Positions 45,795 to 54,689 of a stretch of 58,756 nucleotides of DNA are shown piece by piece. A program made the translations under genes and the position numbers. The stretch covers positions 1-58,756 of the forward strand of contig JBFHWX010000003.1 in NCBI GenBank assembly GCA_041599275.1, read 5' to 3'. How positions within the stretch are numbered: position 1 is the first letter of the stretch; every line of letters begins with the position of its first letter. The DNA is from Desulfobulbales bacterium. Its GTDB lineage: Bacteria > Desulfobacterota > Desulfobulbia > Desulfobulbales > BM004. The notes under the pieces are model-generated. The model was given only the letters and a program-made list of their open reading frames with translations, did not search any database and was not told the DNA's origin.

Positions 45795-47021
45795 ATGCTG
45801 GAAAAGGCAAGCGAAAGTCCTGGGGAAAAAGCCCCAGCGGTGGCAGCGCCAGCGCGCGAGCACGAGGATGTCCAGGTTCTGGAACTTGGCGGCCGTCGCC
45901 TTCTGCTGGTCGGCACCGCCCATATCTCGAAAGAGTCGGTGGATGTGGTGGAGCGGCTGATCCGCGAGGAGCGGCCGGATGCGGTCTGTGTCGAGCTCGA
46001 CGAACGGCGCTACCGGGCGCTCCGGGAGCGGAAGAAGTTCTCTGCCCTGGACCTGAAGACCATCATCCGCAGAAAGGAGTTGAGCACCCTGCTGGTCAAC
46101 CTGGTGCTTGCCTCCTACCAGAAGAAGCTTGGCTGCCAACTCGGCGTCATGCCCGGGGCGGAACTGCTGGCAGCGGCCACCGCCGCGGAAGAGCAGGGGG
46201 TGCCGGTGGTCCTCTGCGACCGTGATGTGAGGGTCACCCTGCGCCGGGCCTGGTACGCCACCAGTTGGTACAAGAGAAGCTATCTGCTGGCGTCTTTGCT
46301 GGCGAGCCTTTTCGACACCACCGAGATTTCCGAGGAAAAACTCTCTGAACTGCGCCAGAAGGACCTGCTCTCCGAGCTGTTGGCGGAGATGGGCGAGGCC
46401 ATGCCGTCCATCAAGGAAACGGTGATCGACGAGCGTGACATCTATCTCGCCGAGAAAATCAAGGAGGCGACCGGCGACAAGATCGTGGCCGTGGTGGGCG
46501 CCGGCCATGTCGAGGGCATCAGACAGGCTCTGGCCCTGGACCAGCGTGGCCGGCTGGAGGAGATCAGTTCCATGCCGCCGCCGTCGAAATTCTGGAAGGT
46601 GCTGGGTTGGGGGATTCCCGCCCTCATCCTCGGTTCCCTGGCGCTGATCGGCTTCCGCCACGGTTCCCAGGCCGCCGGCGCCAATCTGCTTTTCTGGGTG
46701 CTGGCCAACGGCATTCCCGCCGCCCTGGGAGCGCTGTTGGCGCTTGCCCACCCCCTCACCATCGCCAGTGCCTTTGCCGCGGCGCCGGTTACCAGCCTGA
46801 CCCCGGTCATCGGCGCCGGCTACGTCACCGCCTTCGTGCAGGTGATGGTGCGGCCACCGGTGGTCCGGGAGTTCGAGACCGCCCTCGAGGACATGGCCTC
46901 CCTCGGAGGCTGGTGGCGCAACAAGCTGCTCCGTGTTTTTCTTGCCTTTCTGCTGCCCGGTTTCGGCAGCATGATCGGCACCTGGATCGGCGGGGTGGAG
47001 ATCGTTTCCAATCTTTTTTAG
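45795..47021 (+). CDS. TraB/PrgY/GumN family membrane protein
   Basis: LVGTAHIS..SV, PDAVCVELD..R, PGAEL..A, DRD, ERDIYLA, VAVVGAGH; C-terminal TMs. Confidence 0.9.
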   Translation: MLEKASESPGEKAPAVAAPAREHEDVQVLELGGRRLLLVGTAHISKESVDVVERLIREERPDAVCVELDERRYRALRERKKFSALDLKTIIRRKELSTLLVNLVLASYQKKLGCQLGVMPGAELLAAATAAEEQGVPVVLCDRDVRVTLRRAWYATSWYKRSYLLASLLASLFDTTEISEEKLSELRQKDLLSELLAEMGEAMPSIKETVIDERDIYLAEKIKEATGDKIVAVVGAGHVEGIRQALALDQRGRLEEISSMPPPSKFWKVLGWGIPALILGSLALIGFRHGSQAAGANLLFWVLANGIPAALGALLALAHPLTIASAFAAAPVTSLTPVIGAGYVTAFVQVMVRPPVVREFETALEDMASLGGWWRNKLLRVFLAFLLPGFGSMIGTWIGGVEIVSNLF

Positions 47022-47110
47022 CTGGCCGTTTGCTGGGCGGGGAGGTTTTGCCTCCTTTTGCAGCCAGCGGGTGGTAACACCGAGTGTCATATTCAGCCGT
47101 GGAGGAATAT

Positions 47111-47446
47111 ATGGCGGCGAGCCCCAAGAAGAACAAAACTATCGTCCTCACCAACAAGCAGAACCGTGCCCTGCGCGGCGAGGGCCATCACCTTGCTCCC
47201 AAGGTCTACCTCGGCAAGGAAGGACTTTCCGCTTCGGTGCTGGCCTCCCTGGAGGCGGTGCTGGTGGCCGACGAACTGGTCAAGGTCAAGGTCGGCAACA
47301 ATTGTCCCCTGGAACGCCATGAGGCGGCCGCCGAGCTGGCCGCCCAGAGCGGTGCCAGCGTGGTGCAGGTGCTCGGCAAGACCATCCTGCTCTACCGGGC
47401 CAACCCCGATCTGCCGGCGGACCGGCGCCGCCAGTTGCCCGGGTGA
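47111..47446 (+). CDS. yhbY: YhbY/CRM-domain RNA-binding protein
   Basis: LTNKQ.RALR..GHHL.P.V.LGKEG, ELVKVKV, VQVLGKT.LLYR; GGAGG RBS. Confidence 0.92.
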   Translation: MAASPKKNKTIVLTNKQNRALRGEGHHLAPKVYLGKEGLSASVLASLEAVLVADELVKVKVGNNCPLERHEAAAELAAQSGASVVQVLGKTILLYRANPDLPADRRRQLPG

Positions 47447-48327
47447 GCCTGGCCATGGCCCCGGCAATTGTCGAAAGGCTGCGGCAGGTTCTTGCCGCCC
47501 CCGGCCTCCGGCTCATGCCCTGCTGCTACGATGCCCTCTCGGCCCGGCTCATCGAACGGGCCGGCTTCGGGCTCACCTTCATGAGCGGTTTTGCGGTGGC
47601 TGCCGCCCGTTGCGGCCTGCCGGACACGGGGCTACTCTCCTCTGGCGAGATGGTGGCCCAGGGCCGCGACATCTGCGCGGCGGTGTCGATTCCCGTCTTC
47701 GGGGACGGCGACACCGGCTATGGCAATGCGCTGAACGTCAAGCACACGGTGCGCGGCTACGGGCGGGCCGGTTTTGCCGGGGTGATGATCGAGGACCAGT
47801 TGGCTCCCAAACGCTGTGGCCACACCCGTGGCAAACAGGTGGTGGACCGGGCCGAGGCCCTCCTTCGTATCCGGGCCGCGGTTGATGCCCGCAACGAGGA
47901 GAGCGGCCTGCTGGTGATCGCCCGCACCGACGCCCGCGCCACCCACGGCCTCGAGGAGGCGCTCTGGCGGGCCGAGGCCTTCGCCGACCTGGGCGCCGAC
48001 GTCGTCTTTCTCGAAGCACCGGAGAGCGAGGCGGAGATGCGGCTCTTCTGCCGGCGGGTGAAAGGCTGGAAGATGGCCAACATGCTCGAGCAGGGCAGGA
48101 CGCCGCTGCTCGCTCCCGCCGTGCTCGAAGAGATGGGGTTCAAGATCGCCGCCTACCCCCTTACCCTGCTGAGCGCCGCTGCCGGCGCCATGCAGCGGGC
48201 CCTCGACGCTCTCGCCGCCGGCCTCCCGGTGGAAGGGCTGGTCGGTTTCGGCGCCCTGCGGGAGATCGCGGGCTTTCCTGCTTATTACGCCGAAGAGGAG
48301 CGCTACGCCGGGGAGCAAATCCGATGA
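47443..48327 (+). CDS. Isocitrate lyase/PEP mutase family enzyme
   Basis: YDALSARL, SGF, GLPD.GL, DGDTGYGN, IEDQ..PKRCGH, IARTDA, FLEAP. Confidence 0.9.
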   Translation: MSLAMAPAIVERLRQVLAAPGLRLMPCCYDALSARLIERAGFGLTFMSGFAVAAARCGLPDTGLLSSGEMVAQGRDICAAVSIPVFGDGDTGYGNALNVKHTVRGYGRAGFAGVMIEDQLAPKRCGHTRGKQVVDRAEALLRIRAAVDARNEESGLLVIARTDARATHGLEEALWRAEAFADLGADVVFLEAPESEAEMRLFCRRVKGWKMANMLEQGRTPLLAPAVLEEMGFKIAAYPLTLLSAAAGAMQRALDALAAGLPVEGLVGFGALREIAGFPAYYAEEERYAGEQIR

Positions 48328-49049
48328 GCGGCCGCGACGAACTCTACCGGGAGGGCGGGGTGGCCTCGGACTTCGTGTTCAGCGAGCCGGTGGCCGAGGT
48401 CTTCGACGACATGCTCGACCGTTCGGTGCCCTTCTACCGGGAGGTCATTGCCATGACCGCCGGGCTGCTTGCCAGCCGCCTGCAACAGAGCGATCTGGTC
48501 TGCGATCTGGGTTGCGCCACCGGCGCCACTCTGCTGGTCCTGGCCCGTGACCTTGAAGCCCTCGACCTGCGCCTGGTTGGGGTCGACAATTCGCCGGCCA
48601 TGCTGGACAAGGCGCGGCGCCGGGCGGCCTCCTACGGCCAGGCGGCACGCATAAACTTCCAGGAGGCGGACATCTCTTCCTTCGAGGCACAGCAGGCCGG
48701 GGCGGTGATCTGCAACTATACCCTGCAGTTCCTGCGGCCCATGCAGCGCGAGCCGCTTCTGCGACGGATCTGGCAGAGCTTGCGGCCGGGTGGCGTGCTC
48801 ATTTTGAGCGAAAAGGTGATCTGCCACGACCCCCGTTTGAACCGCGATTTCATCGGCCTTCACCATGGATTCAAAAAATCCAGGGGCTATTCGGAGCTGG
48901 AAATCGCCCGCAAGCGCGAGGCCCTGGAGAACGTGCTGGTGCCTTTCTCGATCCCTGAAAACCTCGAGCTTGTCGAAAAAACTGGTTTTTCCTCGGTGGA
49001 ATCGTTTTTCCAGTGGTTCAACTTCGCCTCCTTCGTGGCGGTGAAGTAG
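48324..49049 (+). CDS. cmoA: Carboxy-S-adenosyl-L-methionine synthase
   Basis: DF.F...VA.VFDDML.RSVPFY, DLGC.TG, DNS.AM, NYTLQF, GYSELEIARKR.ALENV, QWFNF.S. Confidence 0.95.
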   Translation: MSGRDELYREGGVASDFVFSEPVAEVFDDMLDRSVPFYREVIAMTAGLLASRLQQSDLVCDLGCATGATLLVLARDLEALDLRLVGVDNSPAMLDKARRRAASYGQAARINFQEADISSFEAQQAGAVICNYTLQFLRPMQREPLLRRIWQSLRPGGVLILSEKVICHDPRLNRDFIGLHHGFKKSRGYSELEIARKREALENVLVPFSIPENLELVEKTGFSSVESFFQWFNFASFVAVK

Positions 49050-49050
49050 G

Positions 49051-50040
49051 ATGGACCGTCTCTTCCTTGGTGGCGAGGCCGGCCCTCTGCTCGACGAGCT
49101 GCCCCTGCCCGACCGGCCGGCGTTGGATCGCCTGCTTTCTGAGCAGTACCGCTGGCTGGGCCAGGAAAAGAAGGGCTTTCTCCGTTTCCGCGAACCCGCC
49201 GAGGCGATGGCTTGCCGGCGCGCCCGGTTCCTCGATCTGGCCGGCTCTGTGGTGCGCATCGGCGCCGCCGCGGAGCTGGGCGTGGGCGAGCGCCAGGAGC
49301 TTGAAGAAAGACTTCGCTGTTTCATGCCCTGGCGCAAGGGACCGTTTTCAGTGTTCGGCATCGACATCGACGCCGAATGGCGGAGCGAGCGCAAGTGGGA
49401 CCGGCTGCTGCCCGAGTTGCCGGAACTCACCGGCAAGCGGGTGGCGGACATCGGCTGCAACAACGGCTATTACATGTTCCGCATGGCCCACCATGAGCCA
49501 CGCCTGGTGTTGGGTTTCGAGCCCTACGTCCAGCATTATTTCGCCTTCCAGGCCCTCAACCGCATGGCCGGGCTCGAAAATCTCGCCGTGCTTCCCCTGG
49601 GCGTCGAGCATATCGGCCTCTTTGCCGGCTGCTTCGATGTCATCTTCCTGATGGGCATCATCTACCACCGGCCTTCGCCCTTCGAGATGCTCCGCCAGTT
49701 GCTGGGCGCCCTGCGGCCCGGCGGCACCCTGGTGGTGGAAAGCCAGGCCATCCCCGGCGAGGAGCCGCTGGCCCTCTTTCCCAGGGACCGCTACGCCAAG
49801 GTGCCTGGCACCTACTTCGTGCCCACCGGCTCCTGCCTCGTCAACTGGCTGGAGCGGGCCGGCTTCACTGATGTGCGCCTGTTCTGCTCCCACCCCATGT
49901 CGTCCGCCGAGCAGCGGCGTACCGACTGGATGGGTTTCGAGTCCTACGCCGACTTTCTCGACCCCGCCGACCAGACCCGCACCGTGGAAGGGTATCCCGC
50001 GCCGCTTCGGGTCTTTGTGAAGGCAGCCCGGCCTGGCTGA
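49051..50040 (+). CDS. cmoB: tRNA 5-methoxyuridine/cmo5U(34) synthase
   Basis: MPWRKGPF, ID.EWRS..KW, DIGCNNGYY, MGIIYHR.SP, RYAK, EQRRTDWM.FES, TVEGYPAP.R. Confidence 0.95.
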   Translation: MDRLFLGGEAGPLLDELPLPDRPALDRLLSEQYRWLGQEKKGFLRFREPAEAMACRRARFLDLAGSVVRIGAAAELGVGERQELEERLRCFMPWRKGPFSVFGIDIDAEWRSERKWDRLLPELPELTGKRVADIGCNNGYYMFRMAHHEPRLVLGFEPYVQHYFAFQALNRMAGLENLAVLPLGVEHIGLFAGCFDVIFLMGIIYHRPSPFEMLRQLLGALRPGGTLVVESQAIPGEEPLALFPRDRYAKVPGTYFVPTGSCLVNWLERAGFTDVRLFCSHPMSSAEQRRTDWMGFESYADFLDPADQTRTVEGYPAPLRVFVKAARPG

Positions 50041-50063
50041 GATCCGCCCTGCTGCGATGTTCG

Positions 50064-50091
50064 TTGACACAGGAGGGTAGGGCGGTATAGT
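50064..50091 (+). promoter_or_regulatory. Putative sigma70 promoter of the gsp operon
   Basis: TTGACA-16 bp-TATAGT. Confidence 0.55.
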
Positions 50092-50186
50092 GGTTCTGTT
50101 GCCGGTGGCGGTAACACGGCGATAAGAAAAGACGAACCTGGACCGGCCGGTCTTTGGCGCCGGCTCGCAGCGAGCGGGATACCAGC

Positions 50187-51410
50187 ATGCCAGTCTACGA
50201 ATACAGCGCCCTCGACCGGGGCGGCAAGTCGGTGAGCGGCATTCTCGACGCCGACAGTGCCGTGGCGGCCCGCCAGAAACTTCGGGCCGACGGCTTCTTC
50301 CCGGTGCGCATCCAGGAGAGCCAGGCCCGCAGCCGGCAGGAGGCGGCGGGCAGCCTGCTGGCCGGCCTGGTACGGCAGGTGAAGAGCGAAGAGGTGAACG
50401 TCGTCACCCGCCAGCTTGCCACCCTGCTCAACGCCGGTATTCCCCTGGTGGGGGCCCTCGACGTGCTCATCCGCCAGGCCCGGAACCGGGCCTTGAAGCG
50501 GGTGATCTCCCAGGTGAAGGAGGCGGTGAACGAGGGGCAGTCCCTGTCCGACGCTTTGGCCCGCTATCCCCGGCATTTTTCCAGGATCTATACCAACATG
50601 GTGCGGGCCGGCGAGGCCTCGGGCTCCCTCGACGTGGTGCTGGAGCGGTTGGCCGAGTTCGGCGAGCACCAGCAGGCGGTTCGCAGCCGCTTCAAGGCCG
50701 CGCTGGTCTACCCGCTGTTCATGGCGCTGGTGGGCTGCGGCGTGCTCTTTTTTCTCCTTGCTTCCGTTGTGCCGAAAATAACTGGTATTTTTGCAGAAAT
50801 GCAGCAGGTGCTGCCGCTGCCCACGCGGCTCCTGATCGGGGTGAGCGATTTCCTCGGGCAGTTCTGGTGGGCAGTGCTGGTTCTCCTGCTCGCCGGTGCA
50901 TTTGGCCTCCAGCGCCTGGTCCGCACCCGGGCCGGGCGCCGCCGCTGGGACCGGCTCAAGCTGCGGCTGCCGGTGCTGGGCCCCATCAACCTCAAAATCA
51001 TCCTGGCCCGTTATGCCAGGACCATGGCCAGTCTGCTGGAAAGCGGCGTGCCCATGCTGGCCGGCCTGCAGATCGTCCGCAACATCGTCAACAACGTCCT
51101 GCTGGCCGAGGTGATCGACGAGGCGGCCACCGATATCCGCGAAGGGCGCAGCATGTCCGCCTGCCTTGCCGAAAGTCCCTGGTTCCCGCCGATGTTCGTG
51201 CAGATGGTGGCGGTGGGCGAGCAGAGCGGCGACCTCGAGGGTATGCTGAAAAAGACCGCCGAGGCCTACGAGCGGGAGACCGAGGCCAGCATCATGGGCA
51301 TGACAGCGCTCATCGAGCCGGTAATGATCCTGGTGATGGGGGTGATGGTGCTCTTCATCGTGCTCTCCATTCTGCTGCCCATTTTCGAAATGAACCAAAT
51401 GATCCGTTGA
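50187..51410 (+). CDS. gspF: Type II secretion inner-membrane platform protein
   Basis: MPVYEY.ALD..GK, TRQLATLL.AG.PL, GEASG.L, ALVYP, GEQSG.L, IEP. Confidence 0.95.
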   Translation: MPVYEYSALDRGGKSVSGILDADSAVAARQKLRADGFFPVRIQESQARSRQEAAGSLLAGLVRQVKSEEVNVVTRQLATLLNAGIPLVGALDVLIRQARNRALKRVISQVKEAVNEGQSLSDALARYPRHFSRIYTNMVRAGEASGSLDVVLERLAEFGEHQQAVRSRFKAALVYPLFMALVGCGVLFFLLASVVPKITGIFAEMQQVLPLPTRLLIGVSDFLGQFWWAVLVLLLAGAFGLQRLVRTRAGRRRWDRLKLRLPVLGPINLKIILARYARTMASLLESGVPMLAGLQIVRNIVNNVLLAEVIDEAATDIREGRSMSACLAESPWFPPMFVQMVAVGEQSGDLEGMLKKTAEAYERETEASIMGMTALIEPVMILVMGVMVLFIVLSILLPIFEMNQMIR

Positions 51411-51459
51411 GCCCCTGCGGCCCGGTGCATTTGCCCACCGAACAGAGGAGAAAGAGTAT

Positions 51460-51903
51460 ATGATCGACGTCAACCGAAACCAGCGTGGCTTCACCTTCAT
51501 CGAAATCATGGTGGTGCTGGTCATTCTCGGGGTGCTGGCCACCATCATCGTGCCGCGGATCTCCGGCCGGCCCGAGGAGGCCCGGCGGGTGCGGGCGCGG
51601 ATAGATATCCAGACTTTTGAAACGGCGCTCCGGCTCTACAATCTCGACAACGGCCAGTACCCGTCCACCGAACAAGGGCTCGAGGCCCTGGTGGCGCCGC
51701 CCGCCGCCGGCATCCTGCCGCGCTCCTGGCGCGAGGGTGGCTACCTGGAAAAGGGTCAGGTGCCCAGGGACCCCTGGGGCAACGACTATATCTACATCAG
51801 TCCCGGCGAGCAGGGGGACTTCGATCTGCTCTCCTACGGAGCCGATGGCCAGCCCGGCGGCGAGGGCAAGGACGCCGACCTCAGCAACCACGACGTCGAG
51901 TAG
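51460..51903 (+). CDS. gspG: T2SS major pseudopilin
   Basis: G|FTFIEIMVV, Y.LDNG.YPSTEQGLEAL, DPWG..Y.Y.SPG, SYGADG.PGGEG. Confidence 0.97.
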   Translation: MIDVNRNQRGFTFIEIMVVLVILGVLATIIVPRISGRPEEARRVRARIDIQTFETALRLYNLDNGQYPSTEQGLEALVAPPAAGILPRSWREGGYLEKGQVPRDPWGNDYIYISPGEQGDFDLLSYGADGQPGGEGKDADLSNHDVE

Positions 51904-51920
51904 GTCCCGGGATTTCCCCT

Positions 51921-52421
51921 ATGCAAAGCCGCCGGTCGGGATATACCCTGGTCGAACTGGTCATCGTCATCGTGGTGGTCTCCATTCTGCTCCTGGTCGG
52001 CATGCCCAGGTTCCGGAGAATGCTCGCCGGTGACGAGTTGCACGCCACCTGCCGGGAACTCGTCGGCCTGGTGCGGTCGGTGCGCGAGCAGGCGATGGGG
52101 GGGCAGCAGGTCATGCGGCTGCGCTTCGATTTCGCGGCCAACCGGGTGTGGGTCGAGGGCCAGGGGGCGGAGACCGCCGATGGCCCCCAGGCCGTTTCCG
52201 AGTACCAGCCCGGTGAAGGAGTGCGGCTCCTCGACCTCTGGAGCCGCAGGGCCGGCACGGTTTCGGCGGGCGAGGCAACTCTTCTCTTTTTCCCGAAGGG
52301 CTATGTGGAGCAAGCGATCATTCACCTCGAGGATGAGGGCGGCCGGCGGTACAGCCTGGAACTCATGCCCTTCCTCGGCACGGTGGAGCTGCACGAGGGC
52401 TATCTGGGTTATGAGCGCTGA
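51921..52421 (+). CDS. gspH: T2SS minor pseudopilin H
   Basis: G|YTLVELVIV prepilin motif; position after gspG. Confidence 0.8.
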   Translation: MQSRRSGYTLVELVIVIVVVSILLLVGMPRFRRMLAGDELHATCRELVGLVRSVREQAMGGQQVMRLRFDFAANRVWVEGQGAETADGPQAVSEYQPGEGVRLLDLWSRRAGTVSAGEATLLFFPKGYVEQAIIHLEDEGGRRYSLELMPFLGTVELHEGYLGYER

Positions 52422-52836
52422 GAAAAGACCGCGACGGCAGGTCGTGCGGGGACCTGGCGGCTTCACCCTGCTCGAGGTCATGGTGGCCCTGGCGATGATC
52501 GCCATCGGTCTGGTGGCGGTCCTCGCCTCCCAGTCCCAATCTGTCTCCCTGGCCAACGAGGCGCGCTTCAACGCCCTTGCCGCCCTGCTGGCCCAGGACA
52601 AGATGGCGGAACTGGCCGCTGCCGCAGACCAGCTCGGTGGCGGCGATCAGGGTGATTTCGGAGAGGATTTTCCAGGTTTTCGCTGGCGCGCCGAGGTGAG
52701 CGAGGCCGGTTCGGATGAGGCGGGAGTTGCCGCCGGGCGTCTCAAACGTATAGAGCTCGAGGTGCTGGGGGGCAGCCGCGACCAGTTTCGCTTTTCTCTC
52801 CGCACCTACCTTCTGCTGGAAAAGGAGGGCGCATGA
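52411..52836 (+). CDS. gspI: T2SS minor pseudopilin I
   Basis: G|FTLLEVMVALA; LA..KM.E; GDFG..FPGFRW. Confidence 0.85.
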   Translation: MSAEKRPRRQVVRGPGGFTLLEVMVALAMIAIGLVAVLASQSQSVSLANEARFNALAALLAQDKMAELAAAADQLGGGDQGDFGEDFPGFRWRAEVSEAGSDEAGVAAGRLKRIELEVLGGSRDQFRFSLRTYLLLEKEGA

Positions 52837-53534
52837 CGACCCACCCCGGGAGCAGGGAGGCGGGCTTCACTTTGCTCGAGATCGTCATCGCCGTGGCCAT
52901 CTTCGCGGTGCTCGCCGTCATTCTTTACTCTTCGTTCACCGGCACTTTCCGGGTGATCGAGGCCACCGAGGGGCAGGTGGCCCTGTCGCAGCGGGCCCGG
53001 GTGGCCCTGGAACGGCTCGGTGAAGATCTGGAGTCGGCCTATGGCATACCGCTGCCAGCCGTTGACGGTCCCGGCGAGCGGCAAGCCGATTTTCTGGGGG
53101 AAGACGAGACCATCGACGGCCGCGATGCCGACCGTCTCCGCTTTCTAACCCGCTCCCATCTGGACCTGGGTGGGATGCACGACGACGTTGGGCTCAGCAC
53201 CATCGGCTACCGGCTGCAGGCGGCGGAGGAGGGGCGGTTCGTTCTGCTGCGGAGCCAGTCCTCGCCTTTTTTCGAGGAAGATGAAGAACGCACGGAACTG
53301 GTGGTCTGCCGCGACGTCGCTACCCTCGATTTCAGCTATTTCGACAGCGAGGGCGACGAACAGGCCGGCTGGGATCCCACCGACGGTGAGCCGGGTGCCT
53401 GGCCCCTGCCGAGGCGGGTGGCGATCCGCCTCGGCCTTTACAATCCGGCGGCGCCCGAGGAGCCGCCCAGGATCTTCCGGACTTCCGTCCTTCTGGTGGT
53501 GGAGCGTGCCCATGGGTCCTTCCCTGCTCCGTAA
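52833..53534 (+). CDS. gspJ: T2SS minor pseudopilin J
   Basis: G|FTLLEIVIAVAIFA; DL.SA; W...LPRRVAI. Confidence 0.85.
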   Translation: MTTHPGSREAGFTLLEIVIAVAIFAVLAVILYSSFTGTFRVIEATEGQVALSQRARVALERLGEDLESAYGIPLPAVDGPGERQADFLGEDETIDGRDADRLRFLTRSHLDLGGMHDDVGLSTIGYRLQAAEEGRFVLLRSQSSPFFEEDEERTELVVCRDVATLDFSYFDSEGDEQAGWDPTDGEPGAWPLPRRVAIRLGLYNPAAPEEPPRIFRTSVLLVVERAHGSFPAP

Positions 53535-54501
53535 CCAGCGGGGCATGGCCCTGCTGGTTACGATGACGGTGCTTGCCCTGCTGGTGGTTGCGGTTCTCGA
53601 GTTCAACCGCAGGATGCAGAGCGAACTGCTGGGGGCCGCCGGCCTGCGCCATTCCGTGCAGCTCGGCCATGCGGCCCGTTCCGCCCTCAGCGCGGCCCGG
53701 GCCGTGCTCGATGGTGCCGGCGAGGAGAATGACCACGATTCTCTGCGGGATGACTGGGCCCGGCCGGAAACCTACGAGTTTCTCGGAGACCTTTTCGAAG
53801 AGGGTGAGTTGCGGGTGGTGGTGAGCGATCTTTCCGGCCGCCTGCAGCTCAACGCCCTGATCGGCCCGGACGGCCAGTACAACGAGGTGCAGAAGGCGAT
53901 GTTTCTGCGCCTGCTCACCTCCCAACGCATAGGGCTTGAGGGCGAGGAGGCGGAGGGGGTGCTCGACGCCCTCAAGGATTGGCTCGATGGAGACGACGAG
54001 GTGACCGGTTTCGACGGCGCCGAGGAGAGTTTCTACCAGGGGAAAGCGGAGCCTCACGGTTGCCGCAACGGCCCCCTTGCCTTTGTCGAGGAGCTGCTCC
54101 TGGTGCGTGGCTTCAGCCGGGAATTGTTGTACGGTTCCGGGGAGCGCGAGGGGATTGCCAGGTACGTCACGGCCCATGGTGCCGACGGCAGGATCAATAT
54201 CAACACGGCACCGGACGGGGTGCTTCTCGCCCTGGCCGGCGAGCTCGACGACGACATGGTAGCCGACATGATAGCCTACCGCGGCGAGGAGAAAAGCGAT
54301 CTGGGCAGTGCCGAATGGTATCGCAACGTCGCCTCGCTGCCGGCGGAGCTGGTGCTGCCCGCCGAGGTGCTGTCGGTGCAGAGCGTGTTCTTCGAGGTGG
54401 AGGTGGAGGCCCGCCTCGGTTCGGCGGTGCGCCGGGCCGTGGCTCTGCTCGGCCGCCGGACGGACCGCCGGACGGAGCTGCTTTCCTGGAAAATAATGTA
54501 G
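53512..54501 (+). CDS. gspK: T2SS minor pseudopilin K
   Basis: RG|MALLVT, D.L.DDWA, DLSGRLQLN, DWLDGD, EELLLVRG, ININTA. Confidence 0.92.
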   Translation: MGPSLLRNQRGMALLVTMTVLALLVVAVLEFNRRMQSELLGAAGLRHSVQLGHAARSALSAARAVLDGAGEENDHDSLRDDWARPETYEFLGDLFEEGELRVVVSDLSGRLQLNALIGPDGQYNEVQKAMFLRLLTSQRIGLEGEEAEGVLDALKDWLDGDDEVTGFDGAEESFYQGKAEPHGCRNGPLAFVEELLLVRGFSRELLYGSGEREGIARYVTAHGADGRININTAPDGVLLALAGELDDDMVADMIAYRGEEKSDLGSAEWYRNVASLPAELVLPAEVLSVQSVFFEVEVEARLGSAVRRAVALLGRRTDRRTELLSWKIM

Positions 54502-54689
54502 CATTTCGTGGCGATATCAAGGTATTGTGGGGATGTTTCGCCGTTTTTCGAGAAAGGCCGCAAACGCTCATTGCCACCGGATGTGACCGGCGATGGTTGG
54601 TAGAAGGACGCAGTGTTTGAGTTTTTCCTCACATGCCGAAGGGTTGAGGCCGGTGCCGAACGCCGGGATCATGGTGGATTGAAGAAATC

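Noticed and set aside
45795-47021. Conjugative element suggested by the name TraB
   Set aside because: This is the chromosomal TraB/PrgY/GumN family; no T4SS, relaxase, integrase or att sites nearby
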